Shown here: positions 16,732 to 23,268 of the stretch, one piece after another | Numbering within the stretch: position 1 is the first letter of the stretch | Layout: every line of letters begins with the position of its first letter | Source of the DNA: a virus | Taxonomy: Duplodnaviria > Caudoviricetes | Virus record (IMG/VR): IMGVR_UViG_3300044512_001202 | Span: 1-30,207 of that record | Length of the DNA stretch: 30,207 nt | Direction: 5' to 3' (one strand) | The notes under the pieces: generated by a model | What the model was told of the DNA's origin: nothing | The model's database searches: none | What the model saw: the letters and a program-made list of their open reading frames with translations, nothing else | Translations under genes and position numbers: made by a program

Positions 16732-17149
16732 GGGTTACCTCTGCAAACTGTACGCCCCACTCGCTCCCTAGCGCGTAGATTCGTTCGATCAGCTCACTCT
16801 CTTCTCTCTTCGTGAGCTTGCTTTCAGACTTAGGCACAAGCCCTGGCGCAACTTGCAACACCTCTGGTCGTTCTTTGCTTAATCGCTTAGGGAGTGTCGG
16901 CTGAATGTCATACGGCCAGTACGGAAAAACACCTTCAGAATTGCGCTTCAGAATGTTGTCTTTCATCTCGCCTTCGCCAACCCCAACATGATTGGCTACC
17001 TCGCGGATGATTGCGTGTAGCAAGCTTTGTTGATCAGTTGATCGTCGGTCTTCTGCGCGAACAACGTCCAGCCTGCCGGTTGGCATTATCTTGAAAAACT
17101 TGTTGATATGCGCCACCAACATCTGCGCCTGGTGCTTTTGGTAGATCAT
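16715..17149 (-). CDS. ninB: NinB/Orf-family recombination protein
   Basis: RSTDQQSLLHA..REVA and SKLTK.E.SELIE.IYALG.E.GV.F motifs; nin-region position. Confidence 0.72.
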   Translation of the reverse strand: MIYQKHQAQMLVAHINKFFKIMPTGRLDVVRAEDRRSTDQQSLLHAIIREVANHVGVGEGEMKDNILKRNSEGVFPYWPYDIQPTLPKRLSKERPEVLQVAPGLVPKSESKLTKREESELIERIYALGSEWGVQFAEVTREQVA

Positions 17150-17454
17150 GCAGCCTGACCTCTCTGTTCGTAAAACAACGCCCAGGCCTGTTTTAGCTTG
17201 ACGTACAGGGTTCCGTACGCTCGGCTTAACTTCCTCAGCTCAACCAGCATCTCGCCAGATTCAAGAGGTGGTTTTTCACATGGACGAATGTCCTGGCAAC
17301 ACTGCTCAATCACTTTCGCCACGAACGGTTGAATAGGAATCGGTGAGGTCACGTTCTCCAGCGGCTGACTCATCCATCCCAGGACTTGGTGCTCTAGCAT
17401 CCGCTCTGCATTCTGGTGAACCTTTTTAAAAATATGCTCATTGGGTAATGCCAT
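17146..17454 (-). CDS. Hypothetical protein (position of a helicase loader, no motif seen)
   Basis: 102 aa; GGAG RBS; follows the replication initiator. Confidence 0.6.
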   Translation of the reverse strand: MALPNEHIFKKVHQNAERMLEHQVLGWMSQPLENVTSPIPIQPFVAKVIEQCCQDIRPCEKPPLESGEMLVELRKLSRAYGTLYVKLKQAWALFYEQRGQAA

Positions 17455-18181
17455 TTAACATCTCCTCCAGCTCTTTTCGCTGTGCGTTTTTTCTCTGCTC
17501 TTGACGCGGGTCTATCTGGACCACGTTCTCTGGTTTCTCAAACGGTCGTCGGTTGAACTTCTTCTCGTTGCGTAGCCAGTTGCGAGCGGCTGCCTTCCAG
17601 TCCTTCATCTTTCGATTACCAGTTAAGTGCCAGTCAGATGCTGAGTGGTGATCGACGAACTGAGCTGCAACATCGAACTTTGTGCATCCCTGCGCCTGCA
17701 TGTACTCATAAACTTGTTTAGCCGTGGGTTGGGTAAACAATTCTTTCTTTCTTTTATTCTTTACTTCTTGTTTGTGCGTAGTCTGTGTCACACTCTGTGT
17801 CCTACTCTGTGTCACACTCTGTGATACATTCTGTGAGGCACTGTTTTGCTCTCCGCTCTGAAATTCGTCGTAATTACAGATAGTTATGATCGAAGTCAGT
17901 GGCGTAGCCTGTAGGGTAACCATGCCGTGTTTTTCGAGGCTCGAAATGAAGCTTTTTGTCGTTTTTGTGTGCCACTGCCAGCGCTTGGATAGATTTCTTT
18001 GACTCCACCCGACTTGGCCTCGCTCGACGTTGACGACGTTGCCGCGCACTATGAAGAAACCAGGCTTGTAGTTCGCCAGCATGATCAGGTCTACCCAGGC
18101 TTGCCCCTTGGTATATCGCTCGCCTTTCCAAAGTGCATGATCAAGAAGAGTCCTGTTCAGCTTTATCCAGCCACCACTCAT
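17438..18181 (-). CDS. Replication initiator, O-like (start ATG 18181)
   Basis: GWIKLNR, AWVDLIMLAN, VERGQ, SIITICNYDEFQ and C-terminal KMKDWKAAARNW; ATGA-coupled to cro. Confidence 0.8.
   Translation of the reverse strand: MSGGWIKLNRTLLDHALWKGERYTKGQAWVDLIMLANYKPGFFIVRGNVVNVERGQVGWSQRNLSKRWQWHTKTTKSFISSLEKHGMVTLQATPLTSIITICNYDEFQSGEQNSASQNVSQSVTQSRTQSVTQTTHKQEVKNKRKKELFTQPTAKQVYEYMQAQGCTKFDVAAQFVDHHSASDWHLTGNRKMKDWKAAARNWLRNEKKFNRRPFEKPENVVQIDPRQEQRKNAQRKELEEMLNGITQ
17782..17841. repeat. Five tandem 12-bp iteron-like repeats (putative replication origin)
   Basis: TCTGTGTCACAC, TCTGTGTCCTAC, TCTGTGTCACAC, TCTGTGATACAT, TCTGTGAGGCAC, next to an A/T-rich strand-biased tract (about 17740-17775) inside the initiator gene. 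Confidence 0.75.
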
Positions 18182-18363
18182 AAGAACAAATCCGGCCGAA
18201 TAACTTCTTTTGGAACCCCTAACGCCTTTGAGACTTGCGATACCCGCTCTGCCGGTACACCGTTTGGTCTCTTCTGCCACAAATAAATTGCTTGCCGACT
18301 TATTTTCAAGTCCTTAGCCAAGTCGCTAATCTTCACTTCTGTCCATAGACATTCCGGTGTCAC
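18178..18363 (-). CDS. cro: Cro/YdaS-like repressor
   Basis: LAKDLKISRQAIYLW, VPAER and IRPDLF motifs; divergent from cI; AGGAG RBS. Confidence 0.85.
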   Translation of the reverse strand: MTPECLWTEVKISDLAKDLKISRQAIYLWQKRPNGVPAERVSQVSKALGVPKEVIRPDLFL

Positions 18364-18375
18364 TGCCCAAACTCC

Positions 18376-18422
18376 TGACTACAATATGGCACTTATAGTA
18401 GTCATTTTGAAAAAGCTGTCAA
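18376..18422 (-). promoter_or_regulatory. pR-like promoter with overlapping operator
   Basis: TTGACA (18422-18417) N16 TACTAT (18400-18395); operator TGACTAC-N15-GTAGTCA at 18376-18404. Confidence 0.7.
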
Positions 18423-18504
18423 CAAAATATTGATTTCTGATTTTTTTTAAATCAGTTAGACATTTTGGAAACCCGATGATATAAGTCATTTAGTTAAGGG
18501 ATAC

Positions 18505-18539
18505 TTGACAGTTTGAAGCGATAAGATCAGGATTGCGGC
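18505..18539 (+). promoter_or_regulatory. pRM-like promoter giving a leaderless cI mRNA
   Basis: TTGACA-N17-CAGGAT-N6-ATG; no SD before cI. Confidence 0.6.
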
Positions 18540-18911
18540 ATGGCAACTCTTGGTTACAAGCTGAAAAAACTTCGTCAAGCGCGTGAGATAAGCATGCGAG
18601 CGCTTTCTGTGCATTTGAAAAAGCAAGGTGCTAAAGCAAGCTACTCAGCGATACAAAAATGGGAGAACGACGAAGCACTACCCTCAAAAGACAACCTTGC
18701 TGCCTTGTGCAAGTATTTTGCGGTCGAGCCAGCCTGGTTGATGTTTAGCGCATCATCTGAAGAGGAAAATTTGTCGAGTTTGATAGATTCGATAAAAATG
18801 CTTTCAGCAAAAAACCAGCGGCTTTTAAAGCGCATAATCAAGGCAATAGACGATGACCAAGAGTATGAGTTGGCTGCTGCTGGAAAACCCAGAGACAGCA
18901 GCACTGATTGA
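18540..18911 (+). CDS. cI: XRE-family CI-like repressor without an S24 peptidase domain
   Basis: LGYKLKKLRQ, SAIQKWE, PSKDNL and LCKYFAVEPAWL HTH_3 pattern; 123 aa. Confidence 0.85.
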   Translation: MATLGYKLKKLRQAREISMRALSVHLKKQGAKASYSAIQKWENDEALPSKDNLAALCKYFAVEPAWLMFSASSEEENLSSLIDSIKMLSAKNQRLLKRIIKAIDDDQEYELAAAGKPRDSSTD

Positions 18912-19257
18912 CCGCGTTACAAAAGCCTACTTAGCAGCAAACCACACCCCCTTCCGCTACGGCGGCGTGAATCACTATTATCTATACCCAGATCGCTCGG
19001 ATTTAGATTGCCAAAAAAGAATAATTGATATGCATCGCCTGAGTTGGCCTGTCATTTTCGACAAACACAATTGCATACTGCTTTGGCGTGGGCTTAGGGT
19101 TTATAGTATTACTCTTCGATGGGGCCATGACATGATGAACATGTCTGTTGATGAGCCATCAAATGATGCCAAACAAATCTTTAAAGATCTTAACCTTTTC
19201 GTCGATTTAAAATCTCGGGATGAAACATCCGTCCATTATTTGTCTGACTACCTTTGA
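18853..19257 (+). CDS. Hypothetical protein probably co-transcribed with cI (start 18853 or 18865)
   Basis: ORF fills the space between cI and the pL-like promoter; no recognised motif. Confidence 0.65.
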   Translation: MTKSMSWLLLENPETAALIDRVTKAYLAANHTPFRYGGVNHYYLYPDRSDLDCQKRIIDMHRLSWPVIFDKHNCILLWRGLRVYSITLRWGHDMMNMSVDEPSNDAKQIFKDLNLFVDLKSRDETSVHYLSDYL

Positions 19258-19326
19258 CAATTTATAGTTGACAGGCAATATTTTTTATTGCAATCTATGA
19301 CCACTTTCAGGGAAATAAGGTGGTCA
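19245..19326 (+). promoter_or_regulatory. pL-like promoter with two operators
   Basis: TTGACA (19268-19273) N17 CAATCT; operators TGACTAC-N15-GTTGACA (19245-19273) and TGACCAC-N15-GTGGTCA (19298-19326). Confidence 0.72.
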
Positions 19327-19327
19327 C

Positions 19328-19540
19328 ATGAGCACACACTATCACGCAGAATGTTTGCGAGCAGAGCTAGAAGCAGAAGAGTTAGAGCATCAAGTTTGGA
19401 AAGAGTTTGCCAACGATTTCCTGCCAGAGTCAGCCCACCGATTTACCGCCGACAATCTTAGAGAGCTACGCGGAACTCCAATCGGAGATCACCTCTTAGA
19501 AGCCTTTGACGATTATTTGTGGGAGGCAACCAATCCATGA
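19328..19540 (+). CDS. Hypothetical acidic early protein
   Basis: 70 aa; TAAGGTGG RBS; first gene after the pL-like promoter. Confidence 0.7.
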   Translation: MSTHYHAECLRAELEAEELEHQVWKEFANDFLPESAHRFTADNLRELRGTPIGDHLLEAFDDYLWEATNP

Positions 19541-19731
19541 GAATCGATCTTACTAATTACAGCGACGACGTTGCTGCAATCATGAAACGGTATGCAGAAG
19601 CACAACAAGATCTGCACGCCTCTACTGTTAACGAATTAAACGCTCTGATCATGCAAGCGCATTTCGCAGGCATAGATCGTGGCGCTGAAGAAGCAAAAGA
19701 CTGTTTAACCAAAAAGCAGGAGGTGGCATGA
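19537..19731 (+). CDS. Hypothetical protein (start ATG 19537)
   Basis: GGAGG RBS; ATGA coupling at both ends. Confidence 0.7.
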   Translation: MRIDLTNYSDDVAAIMKRYAEAQQDLHASTVNELNALIMQAHFAGIDRGAEEAKDCLTKKQEVA

Positions 19732-19943
19732 GTCAGAAAGAAAGAATCTTAGAGCATCTGAAAGAAGGTCGCTCACTCAACAGGCTGGATAGCTGGCAAG
19801 AGCTAGGCGTTTTAGAGGCACCGGCTCGGATCAGCGAGCTACGCAAAGACGGGCATCCTATTGTCACGCAACTGTCAGACGTTACAAACCGATACGGCGA
19901 AAAAGTGAAGGTCGCAACTTGGTACTTGGAGAGGCGAGCATGA
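19728..19943 (+). CDS. Winged-HTH DNA-binding protein
   Basis: SQKERILEHL..G and ARISELRKDGHPI motifs; AGGAGG RBS. Confidence 0.8.
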   Translation: MSQKERILEHLKEGRSLNRLDSWQELGVLEAPARISELRKDGHPIVTQLSDVTNRYGEKVKVATWYLERRA

Positions 19944-20011
19944 TTTTGTTTAGAGGAGTTATGTACACATTCGATCAATTGGAGGAGATCTATGTCAACG
20001 CCACTCATTAA
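19940..20011 (+). CDS. Possible 23-aa micro-ORF (not in ORF track)
   Basis: MILFRGVMYTFDQLEEIYVNATH; ATGA overlap with the upstream stop; GGAGAGG RBS. Confidence 0.4.
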   Translation: MILFRGVMYTFDQLEEIYVNATH

Positions 20012-20651
20012 AGCTATTGAGGCAACTAAGCAGTTAGCAGAAGCTGACAAAACGAAAGTTAAAGGCGGGAAGTTTTACACAACCGTTCCGACTCGGGTCG
20101 AGATGTTTAGGGAGGCGTTAGGCGAAGACTCGCAGATTGTCACCGAAATTGTCGAGGCCAACAAAGAGTTCGTCATGGTCAAGGCGACAATATCTGTATT
20201 CGCTAATGGCGATTGGAGATTGTTGGCAACGGGACATGCTGAAGAGTACAGAGCGAACGGCCCAATAAACGCAACGAGCGCATTAGAAAACTGCGAAACC
20301 TCGGCAATTGGTCGAGCACTCGCAGCCTGCGGTATTCATGGCGGGGAGTTTGCAAGCTCATTTGAAGTTGATAACGCTAAGAACAACAAGCCTGTTGTAT
20401 CACAAGCGCAAGACAAAGAAGACGATCATGCAGATGAAGCACCTCAGCTTGTGCTAATAACTGATAAGCAGGCTGCTCATTTAAAAGAATTGCTAAAGGA
20501 ATTTAACAGCGAGGAAAAGTTTTTAGATGTACATGGAATAACTAGTGTGAGCCAGGTTCCTAAGAGAAGTTTTGAAAAAATGTGCGCGAAGATAGAAGCA
20601 AGAAACAGGCACATCGAAAACTTAGAAAAGCCAAAAGCGGGAGCAGCATGA
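19992..20651 (+). CDS. Single-strand annealing protein (Rad52/Sak-like)
   Basis: Y..V..RV..FR, VMVKA.I, LATGHAEE and INATSALENCETSAIGRALA motifs; adjacent to the exonuclease. Confidence 0.72.
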   Translation: MSTPLIKAIEATKQLAEADKTKVKGGKFYTTVPTRVEMFREALGEDSQIVTEIVEANKEFVMVKATISVFANGDWRLLATGHAEEYRANGPINATSALENCETSAIGRALAACGIHGGEFASSFEVDNAKNNKPVVSQAQDKEDDHADEAPQLVLITDKQAAHLKELLKEFNSEEKFLDVHGITSVSQVPKRSFEKMCAKIEARNRHIENLEKPKAGAA

Positions 20652-21256
20652 TTATTCACACGGTAGAGCAAGGAACCGATGAGTGGTTGAGATTGAGGCT
20701 TGGAATGCCAACAGCATCCAACTTTAAAAAAATATTTACTGCATCGGGAAAACCCAGTACATCGGCAGACGATTACATGCACGAATTGATTGCTGAAGAG
20801 ATGTCAGGTGTACCGACTTTCACAAAAGTAACGGATGACATGCAGCGAGGTTTAGATTTAGAAAACGAAGCCGTGGGCATTTACGAATTTTTGTTTGATG
20901 TGCAAACGGTAGTCGTTGGGTTTGTGACTAATAACGAGCAGACCTATGGCTGTAGTCCAGACCGATTTAATTTAGAAGTGAAATGTCCAAGAGACAAGAA
21001 TCACATTAAGTGGGCTTTAGCAGACAAAGTGCCAGCAGACCACTTCTGCCAGGTACAGGGTTGCATGTGGGTTTGTGAAGAAGACTCATGGGATTTTTTG
21101 AGCTACACGCAATCAATCGGAACCTTTTGCACAACAGTTTATCGAGACGAAAAATGGATCGATGGCATGCAAAAAGAGATGGATAAGTTTTTAAACAAGA
21201 AGCATGAAGCTTTGCACAAATTAACTCAACAAGAAGGAAATAGATATGCAGGATAA
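20648..21256 (+). CDS. YqaJ/lambda-type exonuclease (start ATG 20648)
   Basis: QGTDEWL.LRLG.PTAS, MQRG..LE..A, GCSPD, EVKCP and QVQGCMWV motifs. Confidence 0.9.
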   Translation: MIIHTVEQGTDEWLRLRLGMPTASNFKKIFTASGKPSTSADDYMHELIAEEMSGVPTFTKVTDDMQRGLDLENEAVGIYEFLFDVQTVVVGFVTNNEQTYGCSPDRFNLEVKCPRDKNHIKWALADKVPADHFCQVQGCMWVCEEDSWDFLSYTQSIGTFCTTVYRDEKWIDGMQKEMDKFLNKKHEALHKLTQQEGNRYAG

Positions 21257-21518
21257 AATTTGGGTAGATGGTTTAAGAGTTTATAAACCAAACGAGACTT
21301 CTCCAGATTGGGTGAAAGCAAAAATAACCTTGAATAAAGCCGAGCTTATGTCCTGGTTAGCTAATCAACAAGACGAGAAGATTAACCTCAAAGTCGCTGA
21401 AGCAAAATCAACAGGTAACTATTATGCAGAGGTTGACACCTGGAAACCGAAAGCGGCTGAAATGCAAACCCAGGGATCAACTAATCAGGATGATTTCGAT
21501 GACGACATCCCCTTTTAA
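21246..21518 (+). CDS. Short SSB-like protein
   Basis: 90 aa ending DDFDDDIPF; follows the SSAP and exonuclease. Confidence 0.65.
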   Translation: MQDKIWVDGLRVYKPNETSPDWVKAKITLNKAELMSWLANQQDEKINLKVAEAKSTGNYYAEVDTWKPKAAEMQTQGSTNQDDFDDDIPF

Positions 21519-21804
21519 GTCATCTCCGCATGAGGCAACGGCAAAGCGCAAACAGCAGTACATGTTGCGCCGAGCCCGAATCTTAAACTCGGCCTGGTCG
21601 GATAACAAAATCACTACCTCTGCGGTAAAAAAAGAATTAAAGATTCCTCACTCAGAGGCGCTCACATTGCTGCGACTAATGGTGGACGAAGGTGATTTAG
21701 AGAAATTTCAGCCAGACGAGGCAGGCGCTGGTAAGAACCACGGTGAGTTTAGGAAGCGTGGAAATATCAACTACTGGCTCAGAAAGAAGTGGAGGACAGT
21801 GTGA
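21499..21804 (+). CDS. Putative winged-HTH protein (start uncertain: 21424, 21490 or 21499)
   Basis: ITTSAVKKELKIPHSEALTLLRLMVDEGDL resembles a wHTH; stop overlaps the xis GTG. Confidence 0.55.
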   Translation: MTTSPFKSSPHEATAKRKQQYMLRRARILNSAWSDNKITTSAVKKELKIPHSEALTLLRLMVDEGDLEKFQPDEAGAGKNHGEFRKRGNINYWLRKKWRTV

Positions 21805-22112
21805 TCACTGAAAGAAAGTTGCAAGAAGTGACTGGATACAACAAGAATCAAATCCGACGCAGACGGCAAAATCATTGGGTGGAGGGTGTACATTACTGGC
21901 GTGATGAAGCTGGCACGATTGTGTACTCAAACGAGGAGATACTGGGATGGCAAGAAATGACGAGGGGGTGTATGAGCACAAGGGAAAGTGCAGGCTTATC
22001 TGGCGCACTGAAGGTAAAAGAAAATCCAAACTCCTCGACATACCTTGGACCAAGGCTGGTCGTCAGAAAGCCGCACGAATCCGAGAGCAAATCCTCCGAG
22101 ATCAATATTTAG
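21801..22112 (+). CDS. xis: Excisionase / recombination directionality factor
   Basis: GTG start with GGAGG RBS; ITERKL..VTG...NQI...R...WVEGVHY...G.I.Y....I..W pattern; directly upstream of int. Confidence 0.78.
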   Translation: MITERKLQEVTGYNKNQIRRRRQNHWVEGVHYWRDEAGTIVYSNEEILGWQEMTRGCMSTRESAGLSGALKVKENPNSSTYLGPRLVVRKPHESESKSSEINI

Positions 22113-23011
22113 GCAAAGAGGAAGACGAAAACGCCTCACCCTGCCCTACATTTCACGAAGTAGCGCAGATAAAGATAGATTCTTTAGCGGCAGGGTCTGC
22201 AAACCATCAGCGTAACGTCACATCCGACTTAAACAAATACTGGATGCCGCACTTTGCCAATGTACGAGTCAACCAGATCACGCACCTGCAAATTGTAGAC
22301 AAGGTTGTAAACCTGGTGCTCAAGCTCAATCTTTCGGCTAAGACCCGCAGAGGAATAATCTCAGCAGGGTCTGGCGTATTTAAATTGGCAGTGACCAGTG
22401 GCTACATGCAAGCCAATCCCGCCGCTAACATAACCTTTGACAATCAAGTCGGTGACCCTGATCCGTTTTCAGACGAGGAAATGGAAGCTTTGCTTGATGA
22501 GTTAAAACCAGGCTTTAGATTGTTCTATCTGATCCGATGGTACGCAGGTTTGCGACCAGGTGAAACGATTGCTCTGCGATGGTCAGATTACGATCAGATC
22601 AACCAGAAGCTGCACATCACAAAAAGCCGCAGCAGAGGCATCGAAGGGCCGACAAAAACGCGCAAAGTGCGATCGGTGCATGTCCACCCCAGGCTCGCAA
22701 AAGCCCTCCAAAAAGCACCCAAACACATTACATGTACGAGCATTCTGTTCACTTCTAGGGGCCAGCCCTACCAGAAAGCACAAGAGCAGGGAGAAGCCTT
22801 CTCACGCGCTCAGAGAGAGCTAGGATTGCGCTGGAGGCACCCTTACAACGTCAGACACAGTTGTGCATCAAGGTGGTTAAAGGCAGGGATAAAACCCGCG
22901 TTTGCAGCGCAACAATTAGGTCATTCGCTACAAATGTTCTTTAGGATCTATGCAAAGTGGATCGATGTTGATGAGACGAAAAAGCAAGAAAAGATGATGG
23001 ATGCAATCTAA
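21947..23011 (+). CDS. int: Tyrosine integrase
   Basis: AGLRPGETIALRWSD, TKT, YNVRHSCAS, QQLGHS and IYAKW catalytic motifs; N-terminal arm-binding region; GAGGAG RBS. Confidence 0.93.
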   Translation: MARNDEGVYEHKGKCRLIWRTEGKRKSKLLDIPWTKAGRQKAARIREQILRDQYLGKEEDENASPCPTFHEVAQIKIDSLAAGSANHQRNVTSDLNKYWMPHFANVRVNQITHLQIVDKVVNLVLKLNLSAKTRRGIISAGSGVFKLAVTSGYMQANPAANITFDNQVGDPDPFSDEEMEALLDELKPGFRLFYLIRWYAGLRPGETIALRWSDYDQINQKLHITKSRSRGIEGPTKTRKVRSVHVHPRLAKALQKAPKHITCTSILFTSRGQPYQKAQEQGEAFSRAQRELGLRWRHPYNVRHSCASRWLKAGIKPAFAAQQLGHSLQMFFRIYAKWIDVDETKKQEKMMDAI

Positions 23012-23236
23012 AAATGTTCCACAAATGTTCCACAAAGATGATTCGGAAAATAAAATATTACAAGAATCAATGACTTAGATGGTGCCCGGGGCCGGAATCG
23101 AACCGGCACGGCGTCACGTTGGTGCAGTATAGTGCAGTGTGGTTTTACAGTATTGCTAGATCTTAGCGATAGCGTTCACTAACCTGATGCACCAGCCTGC
23201 ACCAGAAAGCACGTTTTTTTTACACAAATGTTCCAC
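23012..23236. mobile_element. attP: tRNA-Leu-like 3' core, IHF site, arm-type repeats
   Basis: Core 23080-23110 is the reverse complement of CGTGCCGGTTCGATTCCGGCCCCGGGCACCA; IHF consensus AATCAATGACTTA at 23065-23077; AAATGTTCCAC at 23012, 23023 and 23226. Confidence 0.88.
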
Positions 23237-23268
23237 AGGGGCTACTGTTGATAGATAAAAACAAAAGC

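Noticed and set aside
18182-18280. N-terminal extension of the initiator in the ORF track (similar extensions at 6502-6528, 15901-15957 and 20582-20647)
   Set aside because: The extensions overlap upstream genes or leader structure; downstream ATGs have RBS or stop-start coupling and coincide with where family motifs begin.
23080-23110. Complete tRNA gene
   Set aside because: Only the T-arm, 3' acceptor strand and CCA are present; no D-arm, anticodon arm or 5' acceptor strand. Treated as the attP core.
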